This document shows, one piece after another, positions 33,495-41,130 of a stretch of DNA of 64,000 bases. The number at the start of each line of letters is the position of its first letter. Position 1 is the stretch's first letter. The translations under genes were made by a program, and so were the position numbers. Source of the stretch: Gemmatimonadota bacterium (GTDB taxonomy: Bacteria > Gemmatimonadota > Gemmatimonadetes > Palauibacterales > Palauibacteraceae); NCBI GenBank assembly GCA_039587445.1, contig JBDHIM010000002.1, positions 14,456 through 78,455 on the forward strand. Direction: 5' to 3'. Below the pieces are notes generated by a model. It was not told the DNA's origin, ran no database searches, and saw nothing but the letters and a program-made list of their open reading frames with translations.

Positions 33495-34393
33495 ATCGGT
33501 CGGGCCCCGTCCGCTGTCGAGCAAGGTGGCTGATCGGATTCTCGCGGGTCGGATTCTCGCGGGTCGGATTGTCGCGGGTCGGATTCTCGCTGATCGAGGT
33601 CCTGCTCGTCTTGGCTCTGCTTGGGGCCGTTTCGTCAGCCGCCATCTGGCTGTTCATTCGAAACTCGCGCTTCTACGATCGGAGTGACGAGACGATCGGC
33701 GCGCGCGAGAACCTGCGAGCCACGCTCGACCTTCTCTCCTCAGAGGTCCGTCAGGCGTCACCCGCCGACTTTCTCGCCGCGGATTCCGATTCCCTGGCGA
33801 TACGCTTCGACGTCTCGCGGGCGATCGTATGCGACTCGGTGGCTCTCGACGATGTTGCACTGGTCGTGTTCGATACGGTGCGGGCAGCCAACGTGCCCTC
33901 CGCCTTTCGCGGCACAGCGATCTCAAGCCCCTACGACTCCAGCTTCACCTTCCTGGATGGTTGGCGGCCGTCCGTGACCGGAACGGGTTCGGGTCCGAGG
34001 GCCGCCTGCGAGGTGCGGGGCAGTTCGGTGGACGTGCCATCGTCCCGCTTTCGATCGGTTGGCGGCTGGCGAAGTCGGTACGGGAAGCTTCCTTCGGCCG
34101 GTTCTTTCGTGCGGATCTACGGAAGGCTGAGCTACAGACTCGGCAAGTCCTCCTTCGAGCCGGGCCTCGGTGTTTGGCGCAACGGACAGGAGCTCGCCTC
34201 GCCATTTGCCGAGGTTTCCTCCTTCAGCTACGTGCTGGAGGGTGGGGCGGAGCAGAGTGCCGTACCGGTCGCGGCGTTGGGCCTCATTCGGGCGGTTCGC
34301 ATCCGGCTCGTAGCCACGGGGCGGTCGGGAAGAGCGCGCTTTCAGCCACCTGTTCGGTTGCCGGCGCAACACCTCGTTTTCCTGCGCAATTAA
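33491..34393 (+). CDS. PilW-like minor pilin with an expanded, repeat-containing leader
   Basis: GTG at 33491 forms a GTGA overlap with the upstream stop, within track ORF 33101..34393. The sequence ...RVG|FSLIEVLLVLALLGAVSSAAIWLF (Glu+5) is followed by NSRFYDRSDETIGARENLRATLDLLSSEVRQA, typical of PilW. Confidence 0.6.
   Translation: MNRSGPVRCRARWLIGFSRVGFSRVGLSRVGFSLIEVLLVLALLGAVSSAAIWLFIRNSRFYDRSDETIGARENLRATLDLLSSEVRQASPADFLAADSDSLAIRFDVSRAIVCDSVALDDVALVVFDTVRAANVPSAFRGTAISSPYDSSFTFLDGWRPSVTGTGSGPRAACEVRGSSVDVPSSRFRSVGGWRSRYGKLPSAGSFVRIYGRLSYRLGKSSFEPGLGVWRNGQELASPFAEVSSFSYVLEGGAEQSAVPVAALGLIRAVRIRLVATGRSGRARFQPPVRLPAQHLVFLRN
33536..33590 (+). repeat. 15-bp in-frame tandem repeat, about 3.7 copies (GGATTCTCGCGGGTC)
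   Basis: Copies at 33536-33550 and 33551-33565, 33566-33580 (one C>G change), and a partial copy at 33581-33590. Together they encode GFSRV-GFSRV-GLSRV-GFS. Confidence 0.95.
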
Positions 34394-34518
34394 AGGGCAT
34401 CCACGCTCCACCCCCCCTGTTTGACAGGCGTTTACACCCCCTTTACGTTTGGCCAGACCCGCCTTCAGCGCCTGTCTGCCGGCTTGCTTGGAGGGTGGCC
34501 GGCCACAAGAAACCTTAC

Positions 34519-35565
34519 ATGCTCTCATTAGGCCGCGGCCGAAAGAAAAAGACCGTAGGCGTCGATCTCGGGAGCGGCTACATCAAAGTGGCCGTTATCG
34601 ACCACGGGAAAGAGTTCCCGCAGATCGAGCAGCTGGCGATGCGTCCCATCGACGGTGAGGCGATCGTCGATGGCGACATCGTCGAGCCGGGGCTCGTCGT
34701 CGAGTTGCTCGCCACCCTGTTCGAGGATGAGCAGATCGCGGCCAGGGATGTCGTCGTCGGCGTGGGTGGCCGCGACGTCATTATCAAGCTCATCCGGATG
34801 GACCGAATGGATGAGTCCGAGGCTCGAGAGGTCATTCCCTGGGAAGCCGAGCAGCACGTTCCGTTCGAGATGGACAACGTCCAGCTCGACTTCGAGATCA
34901 CGGATCCGGACGGCGAGGGCCTCCAGATGACCGTCCTCCTGGTCGCGGCCAAGAAGGAGATCGTCGAGAACCGGGTTGCGCTCATGGAGGAGGCGGGACT
35001 CGCGCCACGAATAGTGGACGTCGACGCCTTCGCGCTGCACAATGCGCTCGAAGTGAACTATCCGGCAGCGATGGAGGGACTGACGGCCCTGATCAACGTC
35101 GGCCATGACACGACGACGGTGAACGTTCTCGACGACGGGATTCCGCTGCTGACGCGGGACATGAGCTTCGGCACGCGCCGGCTGGCGGCAGAGCTTGAAG
35201 CCGAACACGGAATGGCGCCGGACGAGGCGCGCACCGTATTGCGAGGGGAAGGGTCTGGCGCTCTTTTCTCCGACTTCCTCGCTCAGCGGGCGCACGAAGT
35301 GGCCAGGGGCGTCGAGCGCGCGGCCGCGTTCCTGGATACCCACGAGATCGGGATCGGCATCGGTCGGCTGTATCTGTCCGGCGGTGGTGTCCGGGTCCCG
35401 GGCCTCGCCGAGTCTCTGGGCGACCGACTCGGAGTCGAAACGCAGATCACGAGCGCGTTCGAGCAGATTCAGATAAAGCCTGAAGCGGTAGACGGCATCG
35501 ACTTGGATGCCGTCGCGCCGATGATGATGCTACCGGTCGGTCTCGCACTGAGGAGATTCGGATAG
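34519..35565 (+). CDS. pilM: Type IV pilus assembly protein PilM (actin-like ATPase fold)
   Basis: ATG at 34519 (MLSLGRGRKKKTVGVDLGSGYIKVAV...). VVGVGGRDVIIK and the LSGGG tail. Followed by pilNOPQ. Confidence 0.9.
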   Translation: MLSLGRGRKKKTVGVDLGSGYIKVAVIDHGKEFPQIEQLAMRPIDGEAIVDGDIVEPGLVVELLATLFEDEQIAARDVVVGVGGRDVIIKLIRMDRMDESEAREVIPWEAEQHVPFEMDNVQLDFEITDPDGEGLQMTVLLVAAKKEIVENRVALMEEAGLAPRIVDVDAFALHNALEVNYPAAMEGLTALINVGHDTTTVNVLDDGIPLLTRDMSFGTRRLAAELEAEHGMAPDEARTVLRGEGSGALFSDFLAQRAHEVARGVERAAAFLDTHEIGIGIGRLYLSGGGVRVPGLAESLGDRLGVETQITSAFEQIQIKPEAVDGIDLDAVAPMMMLPVGLALRRFG

Positions 35566-35605
35566 CGGCGCCCGAGAGTGGAAGGAACTGCGTAGAGGCC
35601 CGCGC

Positions 35606-36253
35606 ATGATCGAGGTCAACCTCCACCCCGCGGGGGCGAAGGCCAAGGCGAAGGCCAGGGGTCGGCGTCGACGTGCCGGCCGCCCGGCCCAGCGCGGACG
35701 TGGGGGGCGGAGCCCATGGCTGACCGCCATGATCGCCGTCCTCATCGCGGTCCCCCTGATCGTTGGCGCCATGTGGTTCCTTCAGCGGTCACGGTCCGGG
35801 TCCCTGGAGGAACGCCTCCAGACGGCCCTCGCCGACTCCACCCGCCTGGCTGATCTGCGCGTTCTGAGCGACAGCCTGACCACCCGTCAGCGGCTCGTTC
35901 GGCAACGTGTGGGGCTGATTCGCGGGCTGGATCGGGACCGGTTCGTGTGGCCACACGTCCTCGACGAGGTCGGCGGCTCGCTTCCGGACTTCGTCTGGCT
36001 CACCGCGATCCAGGAGTCGTCCCCGCTTCCAAATCTTACATTGGAGATCCGCGGCATGGCGTCGACCGCCCTGGCGGTCACGGAGTACGTCAGGCGACTG
36101 GAGATGTCCCCGTATCTGGGGCTGGTGCGAATCCTCGGAAGCCAGCAGATCCCGGCGGAGGGCACGGATCTCGAGGTGCACGCTTTCACGCTGCTGGTCG
36201 ACTACACGCCGCTACCCGTGCCGCCAGACGCGGGAAGCGAGACGGGGACCTGA
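35606..36253 (+). CDS. pilN: PilN
   Basis: MIEVNLHP start (the conserved INLLP-like motif), a basic linker, a single TM, and its position in the operon. Confidence 0.8.
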   Translation: MIEVNLHPAGAKAKAKARGRRRRAGRPAQRGRGGRSPWLTAMIAVLIAVPLIVGAMWFLQRSRSGSLEERLQTALADSTRLADLRVLSDSLTTRQRLVRQRVGLIRGLDRDRFVWPHVLDEVGGSLPDFVWLTAIQESSPLPNLTLEIRGMASTALAVTEYVRRLEMSPYLGLVRILGSQQIPAEGTDLEVHAFTLLVDYTPLPVPPDAGSETGT

Positions 36254-36254
36254 C

Positions 36255-36854
36255 ATGGCCTTGCTGCCGAACGACCCCAAGGACCAGCAGCGACTTCTGG
36301 GGATCATTCTGCCGATCGCTGCGGTGTCCCTGTTCTACTTCTATCTCTACAGACCCCGCGGTGCGGAGCTGCTCGATCTGGAGGAGAGGATCTCCGACAT
36401 GGAGACCCAAAACGAGGTCGCGCGCGCCCGCACGGCGGCTCTCGACGGGCTGCGGGAGGACCTGATGCTCGCTGAGCGCCGCTTCGCTGCTCTGGAGCGT
36501 CTCGTGCCCACCGGCGAGGAGATTGCGGAGATCTACGAGGCGATCGCCTCGGAGAGCGAGGCGCTGAGACTGAACATGCGCAACGTAATCCCGATCGAAG
36601 CCGAGGCGGACTCGGGCGAGTACTTCATGCGCCAGAATTGGGAGATCGAGATCGAGGGGTCCTACCACGACATCGGCCGTTTTCTATCTCGTGTCGCGTC
36701 TTTCGATCGAATTGTCAGGTCGCAGGTGCGGGAGATTCGCCCGGTTCCGGGGGCAAGTGAGGGCACACAGCCCGTGACGGTCTATTTCGAGCTCGAGACG
36801 TTCGTGCTCCCGTTGGATGCGGGTGCTGCGGGCGAGAGCGGGGGAGGAGAGTGA
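36255..36854 (+). CDS. pilO: PilO
   Basis: Single TM (LLGIILPIAAVSLFYFYLY), a coiled-coil, then a ferredoxin-like C-terminus. Positioned between pilN and pilP. Confidence 0.75.
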   Translation: MALLPNDPKDQQRLLGIILPIAAVSLFYFYLYRPRGAELLDLEERISDMETQNEVARARTAALDGLREDLMLAERRFAALERLVPTGEEIAEIYEAIASESEALRLNMRNVIPIEAEADSGEYFMRQNWEIEIEGSYHDIGRFLSRVASFDRIVRSQVREIRPVPGASEGTQPVTVYFELETFVLPLDAGAAGESGGGE

Positions 36855-37291
36855 GGAAGCTTATCTCCGCCGGCTGGGTTCTGGCCGCCCTCCCCCTCTT
36901 CCTCCCGGGGAGCGCGGTCGGCCAGAGCTCCCAGGATCTACTCCGTGGGGAGGTATCGGATTCCATCCTCGGATACGAGCGAGAGGTGTTCGAGTATCCA
37001 GGTGCAGGGAGACGAAACCCCTTCCGGCCATTAACGGTCTTCGACACCGGTGGCCCGCGCTTCGCGGATCTGGAGCTGACGGGCATCGTGTACAGTCCGG
37101 ACGTCGGCTCCGTAGTGGTTGTCGCCGATCGCACCAACGAGCGACGATACCGGCTTCGTGAGGGGGAGCGCGTCGGAACGGCGCGAGTGCTGGAGATCCG
37201 ACCGGACGAGGTCGTGTTCGGGATCACTACCTTCGGCTCGACGAGACAGGCAATCCTGCGCGCCAAAAAGGAACGGGGACAGGGAGAATGA
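36851..37291 (+). CDS. pilP: PilP-like lipoprotein or periplasmic protein
   Basis: GTGA overlap with pilO. It has a signal peptide and the conserved RNPFRP motif. A beta-rich C-terminus follows (LELTGIVYSP...RYRLREGERVG...VLEIRPDEVVF). Confidence 0.65.
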   Translation: MRKLISAGWVLAALPLFLPGSAVGQSSQDLLRGEVSDSILGYEREVFEYPGAGRRNPFRPLTVFDTGGPRFADLELTGIVYSPDVGSVVVVADRTNERRYRLREGERVGTARVLEIRPDEVVFGITTFGSTRQAILRAKKERGQGE

Positions 37292-39126
37292 TCGTCCAGA
37301 AGCTGCTCGCCATCATCCTGGCCGCCGTGACGCTGAACACGGACGCTCTTCCAAGCTCCGAAGCGGTTACCGAGGTCAGGATCGCTGCCGCCAGGGGCGA
37401 GACCGAGATCGTTATCGTCGCCGATGGCGATATCCAGGTGAGCGATTTCCTTCTCGACGAACCTACGCGGCTGATCCTGGACCTGCGTGGGGCCCACCAC
37501 GCGCTGCCTCGCTACGCCTACGAGGAGATCGGCCGAGGTGGCGTCATCCGGATGCGGACCAGTCAGTTCCTGGACGACGTGGTGCGCCTCGTGATCGACC
37601 TCACCGTCGCCCCGACGTACACGGTGTCGGTGAGTCGCGGGGTCGTGACGGTGAGATTCCGGAATCCGGGGCCGCCGTTCGAACCGTGGAGCACCAGCCT
37701 CGACGGCCTGCAGAGCGAGATGGCGCTCTCCGCGCCAGGCGCCGAAGAGCTCGAAGTGGGCAATCCGGACGTCGTGACGATCGACAGGGTCCCCGCGCTC
37801 GTGACGACGCCCGGCGTCGACCAGCAGCCCCGCATCACGGTTACGTACGACAGCGCCAGTGTCCTGGACGTGATCGCAGGCTTCGCGGAATTCGCCAACA
37901 TCTCGATCGTTCCGAACGCGGGCATCGCGGGGCAGTCGGTGAGAGGCGTCGAGATTCGGGACCGTCCATGGGATGAGGCACTGGACGCGATCCTGGCGGC
38001 CCAGGGATTGGGCTGGAGAGTCACGAGAGGTGGCATCATCGTTGTGGACCGCGTCGACAGCCTCATCGCGCGTGAGGCGCTCCGGAGCGAGACTCGCGTG
38101 ATTCGAATCAACTACGCCAACGCCGATACGGTGGCGGCGACGCTCTCGCAGCTGGTTACCCCGGATCTCGGTCAAGTCGTCGCCTACCAGGCGACGAACT
38201 CGGTGATCGTCACGGACATCCCGCCGGTTGTCGAGCGGATGGACAGTCTTGTCTCCGTTCTGGACCGGAAGATCCCGCAGGTGGCGATCGAGGCGAAGAT
38301 CGTCTTCGTCGACCGCACCGATGTCTTCGAGCTGGGGATCGTGTACGACCTGAAGCAGGTTACGGAGGGTACGCCGTTCGTGACCCAGGGCCTCAACCAG
38401 GCGATCTCGGTCATCGACCCGTCCAAGCCCCCTCAGGTACAAGATCTCAACGGGGACGGGATCATCCAACCGAACGAGCAGTTCTTCGAGCTCACGAACA
38501 ACAACATCGTGAACGTAGCCGGAGACGCTGTCGCCACGCTGGCCAACGCGAACAACCGCGTGGCGCAGCCCGCCCTCTCCCTGCTGACGACGCTGGCTTT
38601 CGGCGGCTACTCGCTCTTCGCGTGGATCGAGGCCCTCGAGGCCAACCAGCTGGCGGATGTCCAGGCGGCTCCCTCCGTGCAGGTGTTGGACAACCACCGC
38701 GCCTACATCCAGGTGGGCGAGCGAACGCCCGTCCGAGTCCTCGAGGAGGGGGCCCAGGTCGAGGCCGCCCGGATCAACGTCTTCTTCGAGGACACCGGCA
38801 TCATTCTGGAAGTCACACCGCACGTCACCAACAACAACCAGGTGCTCATGGAGCTGTCCGCCCAGCGCTCGGGCGTCGAGCAGGCCACGAGCGACGTAGG
38901 CTTCGTCATCAAGCGCCAGATCGGAGAAACCCAACTCCTGGTGGATGATGGCGAGACGGCGGTGATCGGAGGACTCACCCTCTCGGAGGTTTCGAGGAGC
39001 ACCACCGGCATCCCGGGCCTCATGAACCTGCCCCTGCTCGGCGCGCTCTTCCGGACGTCGAAGGAGCGCGAGGTCAAGATCGACCTGATCATCCTTGTCA
39101 CGCCGCATATCATGGAGCCGTCGTAG
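37288..39126 (+). CDS. pilQ: PilQ secretin (AMIN domain, N0/N1 domains, secretin domain)
   Basis: AMIN-like region (IVIVADGDIQVSDFLLDEPTRLILDL...). Secretin C-terminus (VIGGLTLSEVSRSTTGIPGLMNLPLLGALFR...LIILVTPHI). Confidence 0.9.
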   Translation: MIVQKLLAIILAAVTLNTDALPSSEAVTEVRIAAARGETEIVIVADGDIQVSDFLLDEPTRLILDLRGAHHALPRYAYEEIGRGGVIRMRTSQFLDDVVRLVIDLTVAPTYTVSVSRGVVTVRFRNPGPPFEPWSTSLDGLQSEMALSAPGAEELEVGNPDVVTIDRVPALVTTPGVDQQPRITVTYDSASVLDVIAGFAEFANISIVPNAGIAGQSVRGVEIRDRPWDEALDAILAAQGLGWRVTRGGIIVVDRVDSLIAREALRSETRVIRINYANADTVAATLSQLVTPDLGQVVAYQATNSVIVTDIPPVVERMDSLVSVLDRKIPQVAIEAKIVFVDRTDVFELGIVYDLKQVTEGTPFVTQGLNQAISVIDPSKPPQVQDLNGDGIIQPNEQFFELTNNNIVNVAGDAVATLANANNRVAQPALSLLTTLAFGGYSLFAWIEALEANQLADVQAAPSVQVLDNHRAYIQVGERTPVRVLEEGAQVEAARINVFFEDTGIILEVTPHVTNNNQVLMELSAQRSGVEQATSDVGFVIKRQIGETQLLVDDGETAVIGGLTLSEVSRSTTGIPGLMNLPLLGALFRTSKEREVKIDLIILVTPHIMEPS

Positions 39127-39176
39127 CGCCGGGAGGTTCCAGCCGAATCACAGCACGTCCCGAGCGGGTCTTTCGG

Positions 39177-39207
39177 CCCCGGCCCCGGCGAAACGCCGGG
39201 CCCGGGG
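39177..39207 (+). terminator. GC-rich hairpin after pilQ
   Basis: CCCCGGCCCCGGCG-AAA-CGCCGGGCCCGGGG (one mismatch) followed by CTCTCGCCTTTC. Confidence 0.5.
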
Positions 39208-39286
39208 CTCTCGCCTTTCGCATGCGCCCGCTTAGATTCGCCCCGCTTTCGATTCGGCCCTGGGAGGATTGAGCCATGAATCCACG

Positions 39287-40501
39287 ATGCTGAGAGCCAT
39301 TCGCTTCACGACCGCCGGTGAATCCCACGGCCAAGGTCTGGCCGTGATCCTGGAGGGTATGCCGGCGGGCCTATCCCTCGATTCGGACACCGTGGCTTCG
39401 GAGCTGAGGCGCCGTCAGTTGGGACACGGCCGCGGGGAGCGAATGCGGATCGAGCAGGACGAGGGCGAGATCCTCAGCGGCGTGCGGCTGGGCGAGACGC
39501 TGGGCTCCCCGATCGCGGTCTGGATCGCGAATCGCGACTTCGAGAACTGGCGTGTCGCCATGTCGGCGGACCCGGTTCCGGAGGCGGATGACGATGCGCT
39601 TCGCCGGGTCTATCTGCCCAGACCGGGACACGCCGACCTGGCCGGGCTGCTGAAGTACGATCGGGAGGACGCGAGGGACGTGCTGGAGCGTTCCAGCGCC
39701 CGGGAGACGGCAGCCCGGGTGGCGGCCGGCTCTCTCGCCAAGTCCCTGCTCGCTGAGTTTGGCGTCACGATCGCCAGCCACGTCCTGCGGATCGGTGACG
39801 TCGAGGTCGCGGTCGCGGCGGCCGGCATGCCCACCGAGGTAACCGAGATGAACCGTGAGGCCGATGCCTCCCCCGTCCGCTGCCTGGATCCCGTCGCCGC
39901 GGCGAAGATGATGACGGCGATCGACGCTGCCGCCGCCGCCGGGGATACACTCGGCGGCGTGTTCGAGGTAGTGGCCTGCGGCCTTCCGGTGGGTCTGGGA
40001 AGCTATGTTTCGTGGGAGGAACGGCTCGATGGCCGGCTCGCGGCGGCGTTGATGTCCATTCAGGCAATGAAGGGAGTAGAGATCGGTGCCGGCTTTCTCG
40101 CCGCCCGCTCAAGGGGCTCGGAGGTCCACGATGAGATCGAGCCGGACCGGTCCAGGACCCGTTCCGGCGGCTATCGGAGGAGACGGAACAACGCCGGCGG
40201 GCTGGAGGGCGGCATGACCACGGGAGAACCGGTTGTCGTCCGCGCCGCGATGAAGCCTCTGAGCACGCTCATGCGGCCGCTCGACAGCGTCGACCTCCGC
40301 AGTGGCGAGCCGGCTCGTGCGGTGCGCGAGCGAAGCGACGTGTGCGCGGTTCCCGCAGCGGCCGTGGTCGGCGAGGCGATGGCCGCGCTCGTCCTGGCCG
40401 ATGCGATGCGCGAGAAGTTCGGCGGGGACTCGCTCGGCGAGATGCGGACCAACCACGACGCCTACCTCGAGCGCCTGGGCCGTCGCGGCATGAACGCGTG
40501 A
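39287..40501 (+). CDS. aroC: Chorismate synthase
   Basis: MLRAIRFTTAGESHGQGL..., PRPGHAD, and RSSARETAARVAAG. An alternative TTG start exists at 39269. Confidence 0.9.
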   Translation: MLRAIRFTTAGESHGQGLAVILEGMPAGLSLDSDTVASELRRRQLGHGRGERMRIEQDEGEILSGVRLGETLGSPIAVWIANRDFENWRVAMSADPVPEADDDALRRVYLPRPGHADLAGLLKYDREDARDVLERSSARETAARVAAGSLAKSLLAEFGVTIASHVLRIGDVEVAVAAAGMPTEVTEMNREADASPVRCLDPVAAAKMMTAIDAAAAAGDTLGGVFEVVACGLPVGLGSYVSWEERLDGRLAAALMSIQAMKGVEIGAGFLAARSRGSEVHDEIEPDRSRTRSGGYRRRRNNAGGLEGGMTTGEPVVVRAAMKPLSTLMRPLDSVDLRSGEPARAVRERSDVCAVPAAAVVGEAMAALVLADAMREKFGGDSLGEMRTNHDAYLERLGRRGMNA

Positions 40502-41073
40502 GTCATGCGAACACGCCGGAGAAGGTTGTCCTCGTGGGCATGATGGGAGCCGGCAAATCGACCGTGGGAAAGCTTTTGGCCGACCGGCTCGGCTATGCCT
40601 TTGTGGACCTCGATGATGAGGTGGAAGCTCTCTCGGGCCGATCAATCCGCGAGATCTTCGACGCCGGTGGCGAGACGCTGTTTCGGGAGTTAGAGGCGGA
40701 GGCCACGGAGCGACAGGACGGAGCAACGGGCACGGTGCTGGCGGTGGGCGGCGGCTGGATGGCCAGATCAGAGCTCCGGGACCGGTGGCCCGGCTCGGTT
40801 CGCGTCTGGCTCCGAGTGACATCGGAGGAAGCATGGGACCGTCTTTCCGGCGATGCCACGGCTCGCCCGATGCTGGAGCCCGATCATCCGAGAGAGTCCC
40901 TCGAGCGGCTGCTCGCGGAACGCTCGGCCGCCTACGAGCTTGCCGAAATCAGTGTCCCCGCCGGCGGTGCATCGGGGCGAGCGGCGGCTGAGGAAACAGC
41001 GGATCTTATCGTCCAGCTGCTGCCGTTCGCTGCCCGCGCGGCGCTGCCTCACGAACGAGCGTCGGGATCCTGA
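40498..41073 (+). CDS. aroK: Shikimate kinase
   Basis: GTGA overlap with aroC. VLVGMMGAGKSTVGKLLADRLGYAFVDLD and FRELE. Confidence 0.85.
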   Translation: MSHANTPEKVVLVGMMGAGKSTVGKLLADRLGYAFVDLDDEVEALSGRSIREIFDAGGETLFRELEAEATERQDGATGTVLAVGGGWMARSELRDRWPGSVRVWLRVTSEEAWDRLSGDATARPMLEPDHPRESLERLLAERSAAYELAEISVPAGGASGRAAAEETADLIVQLLPFAARAALPHERASGS

Positions 41074-41130
41074 CCGCGATTAGCGGGTTATGCGAGCCGA
41101 AATGGGGAGATCACCGGCAAGAGGAATGAA

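Noticed and set aside
33536-33590. Short tandem repeats considered as a possible CRISPR or mini-array
   Set aside because: The units are contiguous with no spacers, only 15 bp long, and lie in-frame inside a pilin gene. The same logic applies to the 33-bp argF duplication. No CRISPR-like repeat-spacer structure exists anywhere in the window.
34421-34449. Sigma-70-like promoter TTGACA-N17-TACGTT upstream of pilM
   Set aside because: The -35 element is perfect, but the -10 matches only 3 of 6 positions, and promoter consensus for this unidentified lineage is unknown. I did not list it as a feature.
36715-39108. 797-aa minus-strand ORF, the longest ORF in the region
   Set aside because: It lies exactly antisense to pilQ, whose plus-strand product has clear AMIN and secretin motifs. 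The antisense translation is Arg/Asp/His/Gly-rich with no motifs. This is a typical shadow ORF of GC-rich DNA.
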